Assembly: GCA_002633005.1 (NCBI GenBank)
Contig: NMRA01000289.1
Location: 274,382 to 338,381, forward strand
Direction: 5' to 3'
DNA length: 64,000 nucleotides
Source: Phoronis australis
Taxonomy: Eukaryota > Animalia > Phoronida
Part shown: in pieces, positions 12,037 to 24,415 of the stretch
How the letters are laid out: the number at the start of each line of letters is the position of its first letter
Numbering within the stretch: position 1 is the first letter of the stretch
Notes under the pieces: generated by a model
Databases searched by the model: none
What the model was told of the DNA's origin: nothing
The model's input: the letters and a program-made list of their open reading frames with translations, nothing else
Program-made: the position numbers and the translations under genes

Positions 12037-13439
12037 GCCAGAATATTGGATACCATACAATATCCAATTGTGGGTCCACAAATGATACACGAAGTGAATA
12101 GTCCAAACCAGGCGTCAGCCGACATGGTTCTTGTTACAACTTTATTTCTAAATCAAACCGGCGTGTAGGTTTGAGAATTAAAATAAGGGAGATATTTTGC
12201 TTGAAGTAAGGAAGGAAAACCAAAAACACGTTCTATTTGGCTGAGTCTTCTCTTATCTTAAAGTCATCTGTAACGGAATAGTTTTCAGGCTGTTTGGTGA
12301 CGAGATAACCTACGTACAACTGGCCAGCAGGAGATAAACATTCAGCACAATGCTATCGGAAGGCTCACTAGGGAAACGAAACAACTTCCAGAACACTTAA
12401 AATGTAGCTGGAGAATGAAGCTGTTAACCCACGGTGATAAGTCTTGAAGGCTCAGCTTGTGTTAGTTTATCTACCCTCACACTCTTCTCACTCATGAAAA
12501 AATTGGGGTTTATTATTATCGACATATTTCTTTTCAAATTAGAAACCCTTTTGTAAGGACGTTTTTAACTCTTGCGTCCATAGTAAATAGTGTAAGAGAC
12601 CGTCTCATTATTCGTATTGATAACAAACTTGTTGGCAACAGATGGATGGAGCAAGGTTTTCACTTGTAGCCGGTTCAATTGATTCTTCAGGAAGACAATA
12701 CTCTTACATGTAGGAGACATCTTCCCCCTTTTACACAGTTCTAGGTTTTCGTGAATTAGCTAAAACGATAAAGGGCGGATATGATGATAAATTATACATG
12801 AGTGTCAATATGATATTGTATTTATCAAATTATCTAGATGTCACAGACTCAAAACTTATTCCAGGTAATTGCTTTTTGCAAAAAATGGGGTCAAATTGTT
12901 TATTCTGAACTTTATACTTTAGATAATGACGTCCTTGAAACTGACACACATCTTTTTGGGTTTGCATTGTTGTAAAACCATTGTAGATTAGATTATTACA
13001 TTGGCTTAACCATGTTTTAGTGAGAATACCTCTATATCAACTAAAGTAGCTATGTTAAGTTTATCTGAAAGTATTAGTATACAACATTATTTTTGATTAG
13101 CTAGAATTTTCTTAATATTTAAACAAAAACTTAAATGTGCTATTTCCAGTTTGGCAAATGATAAAATTCTACAACTATTGCATATTGTAAAATAAATAAA
13201 TTTATACGCTAATGAAATGTATTAATAGGCAAATACAAGCAATGTTGGAGAGAATTTTTATCAGTTTCATGCTATTTAATTTGTTGTTATTTTTGCTGCT
13301 TTGTTGCCTCTTCTTGTCTCTCTTTTTTCTTGACTATAATATGCTTTTGTGTAATGCTTCGAAATCAAAAATAAAAATGATTCCAAAAAATGAAACAAGT
13401 AATACGTTGAATCTCAGAATGCAGCTGTGGTGGAGATAG

Positions 13440-14570
13440 CAACATATTTAGCCAATGTCAATATTTTCCAAACACATGCCATCTTGTCGTTGAGTATACT
13501 GCCGTAAGTTGGGTGTCGTGATTTGTGAAACGATGTCAACAGTTAACCTAAAGACCTATATCTGTACTTTTGTATTTGAATGCCATTGGTTGATTTAGAA
13601 ACGAGGCCGACCTTCCTAATCTGGCAGAAGCAGAAACAGACACCAAAGTCTCCATTTTCAAGGTGGTATATTTATTGACAAATTTCTTTAATTTTGGGTT
13701 GCTAATTCTTGTGCAGGAAACGTGAACAGACCACAGGATGGCCATTTTCAAATCCAGACTTGTGAACGTCGCACATTCCTCATTTCGTCATATTTCTTTG
13801 TTAACCGACGTTTGCAAAAACTGCAAGGCAAGCCAGCACATGTAAGAAGCATTGGTTTAAGACTCGAGCAATTGCGCCTTTGTTCAAAAGGGTGTGCACG
13901 TCCTCTGTGAGGGTGTTTATCCCTTTTTTGAAAACGTGGGTCAATAAACTTTCCCCAAGTTGGCCGTTCCATCAGGTAATGTGCATACGCCTTAAGTACC
14001 TGTAGTACTCTGGTGTTGTGTGACAGAAACTGAATTGATCACAAAAGAGAGGCGATTAGTAACAAATATTCACCAAAGACAAGTTACAGATACGTCAATC
14101 CCCTCGTCCAAGTTGTCACAATATAAAATAATTTGTCCATAAAATGACCCAGGGGTATACCGGTGTAAGATTGACAGGTGTTGAACCTGGAATGTTGAAG
14201 TAGTACAATCATTTTCAATTTTGATATAATGTACGTGTACACATATAGCTTGTGGTTGCAAAAAGGCAATGCACATTAACACTTCTCTGAAAATATTTTT
14301 GGCTGTCATTTGGTTATACACGTACAACTGGGGGGTTCCATTCTCCAAAACGATTTGCCCTACAACAATCACCGTAGTGTGGCCTACAGCTGATCCCACA
14401 AAGCTTCGAACGCGTACCACCAACGCAATTCACGAAGACCTTGCGACGATAAATCGTCACTTAAAGTACGGGAACAATGAGTTTACGTACGGTTCATTTT
14501 CTTGTAATTCAACATTCCAGCCTCGCCGTCAAATCACTTCAGCAGCGACCATTCTGTAAGTCTACACGAG
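13440..14570 (-). pseudogene. Possible heavily degraded Harbinger/DDE_Tnp_4-like transposase remnant
   Basis: Fragmented minus-strand protein-like pieces (TLVSVSASARLGRSASFL; KNIFREVLMCIAFLQP) loosely resemble this family; many frameshifts; recognised by eye only. Confidence 0.3.
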
Positions 14571-15583
14571 TAAGGAAGCGAGCTTCTCAATTATATTTTT
14601 GACAGGTGTGAAGCTGGGAAATTAGGATTATCACGCATTTATTGAGTGGGAAACTATATGTAAGGAGCTCTCGTGAAAAGGTCGCCCTTCCGCAGGGTTC
14701 CAGAAGCACCTCCCATTTATAGCGAGCAGCACGTCCTGTATAACCTTTCGAAGTCTCGCCTGACTCGCAAAAAACAAATGAGTTGAGCAATTTCATAAAT
14801 GCCGCCGGAGTTTAAGGCTAGGGCAGAAAACTAGATGGGTGTGCTTTAATCTCCCGTGTTCCATGTGTGGCTTGATATTCATGATTTTCATTGGTTTTCA
14901 GCGTAGCCTAAGCCTATAATTACTTTGAAAAGCCCATTGGTGTTTCTAATATTTGACTAGTTGAGTCCCAGATGTTTTCAAACGATGGACGTGACTATAC
15001 TGAACTTACATGGGAGAATCTTGGAGTAGCTTTTGGTGTAATGTCTGATATAAATCCCTGTAATTCTGTTTAACTTGACTGTGTAATCTTATTTATACTT
15101 CGTTGTCGCCATTTGTTTGTGTCACTCCAAAGGCAGCATCAGTTAGTGTAAATGTTTAAAGGAGAGGCCTCATTTCTTCAAAAAGGCTACCTGTTTTACT
15201 GAGAACAATTTTTGAAGTGTTATTTGTTTCAAACATGGCGTATCGTAATTCCTGAAAACACGTTCACATACAAAAAGGTTTACATTACGATCAGCCTAAA
15301 GGTGCAGTCTTCGAAAGGTTCTGATTAAAAACATGTACACATGCAGTGCCACATTATCCACAAGTTAACTAAGCTGATAGCTTAGAGTCTTGTACACATC
15401 ACGGGGGCAACTTTCCAGGGTATCTCCCTGACAAAACTTGGGAGGGGTAAATGTGGCGTTAGCAGAAAACATTTGGTGGCAGGGTATGGAAAGTTGTAAC
15501 GACTGGGGGTGAACGTTTTGACCACGAAGTGTAAAATTACTACAGCTCCAATTGCCAGAGCCCTCATACTTCGGATATTGTAG

Positions 15584-15740
15584 CATAGGGCTTGGGCGCC
15601 GCACAATAGGGGGCTGGGGGCTATAGCCCCACTTTTTTCAGTGCTGCGCCACCCATGGTCTATAGGCGGTGCACCACAGTGGGGCTGGGGGGCTGGGGGG
15701 CTTTAGCCCCAAACTTTTGTCAGTGCTCCGCCGCCCAGGC
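15584..15740. repeat. Two tandem copies of a short GC-rich palindromic repeat
   Basis: GGGGGCTGGGGGCTWTAGCCCC...TTTTCAGTGCT-CGCC-CCCA occurs at ~15608-15658 and ~15681-15739. Confidence 0.55.
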
Positions 15741-16071
15741 TACGAGGAAATAACTCAGCCTTGCACTGCATTACAGTCGTTCGATACCAAATGATCATTC
15801 GATAATAGGGCGAGAAAATATTCCTGCGCTGGTGAGTACCGGATAATGTTTGCATAGCTCGGTCACTTAATGCGTCCGGTCACCGATTTTTTCCCCGACC
15901 CGTGTTAACAAGCACACACCTGCCTTCGTGAACTTTCGTTGTGGTGTTAATGCGTATGTCCCTGGTGTATGTCCGTCATTCGGAAGCACTCTAATGTTTC
16001 GTTTTGTACGATCTTAGATAGTCATACAAAGTACCTTGTGGGGCAAAAGTCAAATATTTGTTACCAAAGAC

Positions 16072-16078
16072 TATAAAA
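16072..16078 (+). promoter_or_regulatory. Candidate TATA box of paralog 2
   Basis: TATAAAA ~170 nt upstream of ATG 16245; TATA-like words also precede paralog 1 (8440) and paralog 3 (~26035). The AT-rich background makes this weak. Confidence 0.3.
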
Positions 16079-16244
16079 ACACAGTCGGAATTCAACTCAC
16101 AGATTTAAATCCCAGATTAATACAGAATAGAGGAACAAATAAACGAAAGATAATGATGTAGGTTTTAATCGATTTTAAATCGGAACTCAAAATCAGATGT
16201 TTGAAGAATCATTTGCGGCTACGAAATTATTCATTGAGTTAAAG

Positions 16245-16535
16245 ATGATCTCCACGACGTTATGTCTCTTTTTGGTCTGGGCATCACAGTCATTTGCTAA
16301 CACGTATATTCAGCACGAAGAATGCTACAAAGATGTAGCCATTACAAGGAATGTTACCTCCAAACATCAAGTAAAGAACCTACAGTCGTGTAAGACATTA
16401 TGTGATGATACCGTCAGTTGCTCTGGGTTTAATTTCGAAGTATCCAAGAAGAAAAAGTGTGTGTTGAATTCTGACGTGGCTGGCAGAGACGGGACGCGAC
16501 TGTCTTACAAACCACCTTACACTTACGTGGAGAAG
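16245..16535 (+). CDS. Paralog 2 exon 1 (signal peptide + PAN/apple domain)
   Basis: Ends GAGAAG|gtattg; 291 nt. Confidence 0.88.
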
Positions 16536-19500
16536 GTATTGAATTTGAGCATTTCTAAGTAAAAAGGACCTAACATTACATTATTTATTGGATTTACGAC
16601 CATTTTGGCGGAAGCTAGAAAAATAGCTGCCTCATTCTATTCTGACAGTAAGCACACAATATTTGTAAATTGGACATTGTTTTCTTTATTTTTGGCTCAC
16701 AAACAATTTGTTGACTTCGTGAAAAACGTGCCCAATTGCTGGAAACAGTTTACTTGGACATTTTTGCTGAATGATATATGTATCAAAAGAGAAACGTAAC
16801 AAACTGTGCTTAAATTTCGTCACATGAACTTATCAAATGATATCATTTAAATAAAACGCAAATAGAAATGTCTTCACTATCACAGAGGTGTGCTTGAGAA
16901 ATGGGTTCCACATGACATAAATGCAAAAGTTTTTACCGAAAAGGCTGTTCTTTCACTACTCCACCTTTTGGATTTCGAGCTCCTCAGAACTGTGGACTTT
17001 TTTCCACGAACATTTCCATATAAACGTATATGATGGTTTAACTTAGAGAGAACTGTCTCTACAGAAATTCTCAAAATAAAACTTGTTTTTGTTGAACAGG
17101 CAAATGAAAATTCGTTAAACTTCGAGACGGCATCTTGCAAAGACTTTACGGGTAAGTGTTGAACTTTTGCACGCGCTTCAGACGGCATAACTGGTGGACC
17201 CTCTTTTTATTTGCTACTTTTCTTGTGGTCAAATGCAACTGTTCGAAGTGATACCTTAAACAACGTACTTTGACGCATTGGCATTTACGATTTCTTGAGC
17301 ATTTTGATAATAGCCTCAGAATGATGCGTTAGCATTCAATGGCAGAAATTTATGAGATAAGCATTCTTCTCCCCACCTGGTGAGTAAATAGTTTCGTTTG
17401 ACCACAGAACTAGTTCTTCCAATTCTACATGTATCTATATGGTTTGAGTGCAGTAAAGGAGGCCAATTTCCAAAAATCCATTGCGCGGACGTCTTTACCA
17501 ACCATATAAAGAATAATGATGGAAATAAGTGTTTTAACTTTTTCCTGTCATCCGTGCATCGATTGTTTTTTATTTATTTTTTACTTCTGCCACAGTCAAA
17601 TTTGTCTGAATGTATGTTTCTTAGTATGATGAATTGTTTCATATTGTATTGTATTGAATTGTATTGTATTTTATTTTTACGGACAGACGTTGTTAAATAA
17701 ATCAATCAATCAGCTGCTATAAATGAACGCCATTTGCACATCGGGTTGCAGGATTTCTAGCAAAAAATAGAAACGAAAAAGTTCGAATTTTTATGATTGC
17801 AGTAGGTGCTTTGTGCGACACCTGGCGCTGAACCATTTGAAAGATTTTAGGGCTCATTCGGTGGCCCCTTGGATACGAATAATCTGACACTTCTTTATAA
17901 ATAAATGACTTTTATTTATAAGTCGTGTATATTTTCATGCGAAAAAGCTTTGGAACAAAATTGTCCCCAGTGTGAAGTCTCATTAGTCGGACATATAGTC
18001 AGGTTCACTATGTCCAAATTTTGACATCCGTTGGAATTTTTTGAGGAAAGTGGAAACTATACATTTTTGGAAACCTCGTGGAATGACAAATCAGAAAATA
18101 ATTGATTCCATTTTTTCGGTGGCCATCTTGGCGGTCATCTTGGATTTTCAAAAATGGCGCCGGTAAAATGGATTTTGCCCAATATATCCTCCCTTGGATA
18201 ACTGAGAATGTTAGTTTTTATGGCTACACCTGCAGGTCTGAAGTCAATGAATTGGAAATTTCAATTTCATTGGCGGCCATCTTGAAATTTCACAAATGGC
18301 GCCCGTAAAATACATTTTGCTCAGTATTTCTGATCTTGGGTCACTTAGAATATTAGTTTTAATGGCTGCACCCACATTTTGTGGGGTAAGGAATTGAAAA
18401 ATACTATTTCTAAAATTATACATATAATCTAAATGATTTAATAGCAGATACGATCTCCCAGAATATTTAAAGGAATCACAGAAACGCAGATTATCCTGCA
18501 TGTATATTTACAGTGTACATCTATATCTTTTTGAAAAGATATTTGAGACATATCTTTTGAAGATTTCGTTATTATTTCCGCTGTTCACTCTGTAATCCAG
18601 TTTTCCTCTTCTCAACGGAAATGCATTTTGCCTTTGACAGTCGGAGGGCAGATAAGCTTGGCAGTAACCAGGCTGAGGATCAATGGTAAGAACAACAGGA
18701 GTTGTAGCCTGCTGGGCAAATCGACCAGAAACACGCTATCAGCCACTATGAATTCACCCTAATACCAAGCGCAATCTTTTCTGACAGTAGGGCAATGCTG
18801 TCATGCACTGACAAATCGCATCGAATCCACCATCTGCAGAAACTTTCCGAAGCAGACCTCCTAGAACAGCACAGTCCTCAAGCTGCAAGAGAGGTTTTAG
18901 ACCCAGAAAACATGTAAACAACATCCAATAAGTGTGTACACCCAAGCCACAAAACTGCACGCGTGGATAGTATGGAAGTGGTTTTCCTAGAGATTATGAC
19001 AGTATCATTCTGGTTTTTGACACCCACAAAGACAACTCTTTGAAACAAGCCACAAGAGAAAAAAGGAGGCAGAGAAAGGGTCAAGTACAGTCTGTACAAG
19101 ATAAGAGATGAGACTTACATAAGGAATATCCCAATGAGCCGTTTCCTCTCACATGACCAAAAAAGGCTCAACTTACTGAATATCTGTTTGCAAAGACACT
19201 TGAATATAATAAAGACTCTGCCAAGATAGCCATTACTTCAGCTTCAGGATGCACAATGAGCAACCAACTTGATCTACGCTTAGAAGAAAACGATCACGAA
19301 AAAGCAGATGTATTGCTAATACACTGTACATCATGCAGTTCTGGCATCACATCAAAAGGTTCCTGATTCTCAGCTGATGTTTTTTTTTCACCTGACATAG
19401 ATTTACTGGTACTCGTCATTGCCTATTATGACAGACTTTTCAGAAATACTTCAGTCCCCATGGCATATGGGATTGTAGACGTGAATCCAATATGGACAAT

Positions 19501-21127
19501 ATTATGTGCTGTCCGGGCAAATAGCTCTTCCTGCTTTCCATGCTTTTACATGGATAGACAACACTGATCCATTCTGTAGGTTGAATATATATTTTGAAGG
19601 CAAACACCGATGATATCAATGCACAGCAGACTTTCTGTACTGCTTATGAAGTAACAGGTGAACCTCTTTTCACGTTAACCCCTTTTACATGTGCATACTC
19701 ACCACTGGGTATAGACACAAATGGCATCCCAGAACTGAGATGGTACATGTACCTCTTCTGTAAACATATGGCTCACAGCGACAAACGTCCACCAACCATT
19801 GTTGCTTTGAAACAGCATGTACTGAGGGCGTTTATTCAAGCCAGAGAGTGGGGCTAGGCAGTCATTGCTATACAGGAGCTCATTGATCCATTGCAGAACG
19901 AATTTACAAGGACAAATATGACCAGCTGAAACACTCACAACTGAGGAGCTTCTAGTGCCAGAGGCTATCATTGAGAAGGTTAGATGCCAGTGCAAAAACA
20001 ATTTCTCTTCCCAAAGATGCTCTTGACGATCAAAGGACCTATCTTACACAGATCTATGTCAGTATAGTGCAGAATGTCAGAATGGTGATGATGATGTGAT
20101 TCCTGGTGACAGTGATGGCTATATCAATGATCTATAGACTGATTTCAAAGTTTTGAAAGATTATTGACACTACAAAAACATACTTCCATGTTCTTCAAAC
20201 GTAATTAAGTTGTTTAGGTACTAGTTTAGTTTAGTGTCTTGAAGGAAACAAGCTCCGAACAAAATGTACAAGAAAGTACGATAGTGATCATGTGTCGGAT
20301 TACATGAAGAATGCATATAGAAAATGTGCCTGCTAATAAATGGGGTTTTTATTATGTTTTCCATTTAATAAGTTGCATTTTCAGATTTCTTGACCACAAA
20401 AAGTGGGTGCAGCAATTAAAACTAACATTCTAAGCGACCCAAGAGCAAAGATACCGAGGACAATGTAATTTACGGGCGCCATTTTTAAAAATCCAAGATG
20501 GCCGCCACTTTCCCCCAAAAATTCCAACAAAATTACACAACAAATCTGACTAATAGATTAAAACGAATGACTGAGGAGAAAATGAAACTTTGTTGCTCCT
20601 CTGGCTGTCTATCAGTCTTGCGCCGCCAGTGGATCCGTACATGTAGTTATTAAACAAAAATCAATAATTATGGCTATACAAACAACAACGATAATAATAA
20701 CACAAATTCCAATGATTATAATGTTAATTAAAATGGCTATAGCAATCATCTGTTATCAAAATGGTGGTATCAAGAGACATGATGTAATTATAGCATTACT
20801 TCATGCCAGCATAATTAATATATGATTATATGATTATATGATATTATTAAAGCGGCCTCGCAAGAACAATCTCGTAATCAGAAAAACAAAAGCTGGTTCT
20901 GGTCTTTACCACAACTCATTTTGAGATCTGTAATCACTTGACTAAAAAACGTCGATCCTCAGTAATTACGGCGAGGTTTCGTATATCTTTTAGAAAAGCT
21001 GCCCAATGCAACGGTAAGCAATGTTTGAAATGTCAAGCGATGGATAAAAAAATGACGCATCAGTTTAGCTTGCCTCAGGTGGAAAAATTGAGCAACCTTT
21101 AAACACCGCACCAGCGGCTCGATTATC

Positions 21128-21177
<50 letters not shown>

Positions 21178-24100
21178 AACACACACCAAAACCAATAATG
21201 GTTCTTGGCCTTACCAATTCGTGCGCCGTGTACTTTTATTCTCAGGATGCACACCAGTATGGAAGTTTGATACTTACGAACTCTTGGTTCAGCGGCGCGA
21301 CACATATGGTTGGTGGGGCAGAGACTGCTGGCCCCATGCGAGAGATGACTACTGGTACGAAATGACGCACTACAACAAGAGACGTAATCTCTACGAGTAC
21401 ACCAACTTGCAGAACTTCAAATACGATTATTACACTGAGTATGTATTACATTCGTATATTCTAACTTCAAACGACTTGAAACTGCACGCGAAGCATGTTG
21501 CGCTGCCGTAACTAATACTACTAGTAGTAGCGGTAGTATTACACTTAATTAACATTAAGACAAAATTGCAATTAGTACAAATTAACGCTTATGGAGACTG
21601 CCTGAAGGACCTGAAGGGTCCGCTGACCACGGAGCCACCAGAGAAATAATACAATATTACAGATAATCAGTATTACAAAATTAGGCGATAATGAAATTTA
21701 AAACTACATGTACTTGTAAAAAGACTAGGAGAGATTATCGAAAATAGTTACACACAAAACAGTTGGGAATAGTGCACTCAAGTTCATAACTTTCAAAACA
21801 AACGTTCTTAAAATTGTGTATAACAGAAGACAACGAATGGGTAATTTTTTCAGAAACACGTTCAGAAAGGTTATTAATCATATGAGGTAAGGTATTGCCA
21901 ATTGATTCTTCGGCAATTGATTTAGTACAATAAGGAGTTTGTAGATGTATTTGGCTAGTGTAATTTTCAAGAACAGACCCACGGGCTATTAAATTGAAAT
22001 CTAGTTTTAGTTGCATTTAAAACCAGTCCATTTACGTTTAACCAAGACTGAATTTTCTCCAGCCAGCCACAAAAAATATATGACTCTTTAACAGACAAGG
22101 TGCAATGAAAACCATTAATAATAGTGGTATCATTAGCATAAAGTATGCTGTCAAAGAAACTCGTGCACTTCACAAAAATCATTCCTATAAATGATGAATA
22201 ATAACGGACCCAGTATAGATCCCTGTGGGACACCCCGCAAAATTGGAACTGTGTTAGATTTTGTTATTAATCTAAACATACTGAGCCCTATTAGAGATAT
22301 AGTTTCTCAAAAAATTACAACAAGGGGTTGCAACCATAATACAGAAGTTTGTCGAGTAAAATGAGTTAATAAGTTATTTATTTCTTTCCAAGTGTCGTTG
22401 GGAGAACCAACATGGGCCAAAACTGATTGTGATAACAAAATATCTTAGAGCTTTTCATAAGATTTTAGACTATTGTTATAGGTTTATAGGTTTGTTTTCA
22501 ATGAGACAAAATTGGTAGCATTTCGGGGGGTTGACTTGAGTCGTCTTTACACCTAAAAGGGTTTCAGATACCTTGAGAGATCCAAAGATTGTTTATGTTC
22601 TTATATTTATTGAAATCTACTTTTCTTACCGTACTGAACTTATTTAAGCAAGTAAGAACAGGGTCCTGAAGAAAACTATAGTTCATACTGGAATCATCAT
22701 TCAAGTTTGTATAGCGAGAAAATACATTGTATGACAAAAATTCATCATACATGTACACCTTTTTAAATCGGCGTCATTAATGACATTTCTGTAAGCAAAT
22801 TTGGAAGTTCTTGTCTTTTTAATGTTCTCTTAAAACAAGAGAAAACAAGTGAAAGGTCTGAGGTGTTAAAAAATAGATCCCGGAACTGATGAAATTTGTA
22901 GAAAATGATGATAAGTGTAGCAGAAAACTCAACGAAACGAGTGGGAAAAATCGGTGGTGAAAAAACATTTATTGACAGTGTTGTAGAACTCTCCGAGCAA
23001 GGGCCTCTCATCCACTTTTAAGAGATTGATATTGAAATCACCTGAGAGCATGGCATGATATTTAGTTTGCCCAAGTTTATTAATCAATGGATTACAATCA
23101 CCTAGAACAGCAATGTAATAATAACAATAACGATAGCAATAGCCATAGCAATAGCAATATCAATAGCAATAACAATAACAACAATAATAATAATAAAATA
23201 ATGATGATATTATTAATAGCAACAACAATATTAACAATGATAATAATTGATTTTAATTAAGGAGGAACAGTATCATGGTCCTCTATTACCATACATGACA
23301 ACACATATTACACAGCAATGCAAACTTTTTCATGTGGAACAGAATTCCAGTGCCGGTGAGGAATCTGATTTCTTGGACTTGAGTTTGGACACCGACTATG
23401 AACATTTCCCGGCACTTGTGCAGAGTTTAGGGGCACCAAGGGCATCGCAATTTGCTACAAGGATTTGGTTCTTGCTGATCCGGTTCTAGGATTTAGGGGA
23501 TCGCAATTAGAATTAAATGCGCGCTCACGAATTTCTTTCAAAATTTTCATTGCTGAACTATACTTCAGCGAAATGCGCGTTGTTACAATTCATTTAGACT
23601 TTTAAACGTGCAAGGAAAACTTGTCTGCTGGTAAAACAGATTATGTGACTTCCCTGAATAGTGGCAGTTGTACAGACGAACAATGTTTCTGCAGGAAACG
23701 GTACTACGCACACGTCTATTTTCAACTATCAAGCCTTGGAATGCAAGTTCGCCATTTTGCAACACGTTCATCTTAACTTATCAACGTTTATTTCAGCATA
23801 GTGTTGCCGTTCTACTGTGATGGTGCGAACTACGTTGTTTACAAGCGCTTTTTCTACTGTGCCGGACACAACACGCCCCAAATCTTCACGTATGACTTGG
23901 ATAAAAGGACCCAGTCCACCACCATTTCATTGAATAGCGTCGAAGGAAAACAAGCTGGGTATAGAAACAGGTGTCGCTACCATTGGGGTGGATACTCCGA
24001 CATTGACATGGCCAGTGATGAATACGGATTATGGGTAATTTGGGGTGTACACCTGGAGTGGTGTAGATTTGCCATTAGTAAGCTTGACCCTGACACGAAA

Positions 24101-24415
24101 ACCATCATCAAAACATGGTTTGCACCGCAAGGTATCGAACTAGATCATAGCGACTACGGCAATGCCTTCATGGCATGTGGTAACATGTACGTCATGAATC
24201 ATCACAACCATCAGAACACATACATTCGCTGGATCTACTACACCGGAAATTCTTCGTGGGTGGAAATATCCGGAAGTGACTCCAATCGTATTATTCTTCA
24301 AAACAACTGGATCTACAACAGTTACTTAAACTACAGCCCACGTGATAACAAGTTGTATTCCTGGGAGCATACACGCCACACTAGGTACCTGGCCCATTTC
24401 AAAGATTGGTCTTAA
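16245..24415 (+). CDS. Secreted PAN/apple-olfactomedin protein, paralog 2 (384 aa); join(16245..16535,17100..17151,21246..21438,23797..24415)
   Basis: Signal MISTTLCLFLVWASQSFA; PAN CKTLCDDTVSCSGFNF...CVL...YTYVEK; [53 protein letters not shown]. Exons 291+52+193+619 = 1155 nt, open throughout, canonical splice sites. An in-frame upstream ATG at 16197 is also possible. Confidence 0.92.
17100..17151 (+). CDS. Paralog 2 exon 2 (52-nt linker ANENSLNFETASCKDFT)
   Basis: gaacag|GCA...ACGG|gtaagt. Confidence 0.85.
17984..20552 (+). mobile_element. Academ-like DNA transposon (internally deleted, decayed) in intron 2 of paralog 2
   Basis: Ends TAGTCGGA / TCTGACTA; long imperfect subterminal inverted repeats (18270-18395 vs 20385-20506). 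Degenerate XPG-like motifs HEKADVLLI, SPDIDLLVL, PAFHAFT, RPPTIVALKQHVLRAFIQA-EW and a C-terminal Cys cluster (RCQCK...RCS...DLCQ). Academ proteins are known to carry XPG plus Cys-rich domains. Confidence 0.75.
21130..21186. repeat. (AC)n microsatellite
   Basis: Directly visible, ~60 nt upstream of paralog 2 exon 3. Confidence 0.95.
21246..21438 (+). CDS. Paralog 2 exon 3 (N-terminal OLF)
   Basis: tctcag|GATGC...ACTGA|gtatgt; 193 nt. Confidence 0.88.
21700..23070 (-). mobile_element. Decayed CR1/L2-group LINE fragment in intron 3 of paralog 2
   Basis: Reverse strand reads GVPQGSILGPLLFIIYRND, SILYANDTT, WLNVNGLVLNATKT (RT) and PTRFVEFSATLI (endonuclease C-terminal region). Confidence 0.85.
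23110..23248. repeat. Low-complexity (AAT/AAC/AGCAAT)n tract
   Basis: Directly visible. Confidence 0.8.
23797..24415 (+). CDS. Paralog 2 exon 4 (OLF core and C-terminus)
   Basis: tttcag|CATAGTG...TCTTAA; 619 nt. Confidence 0.92.
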
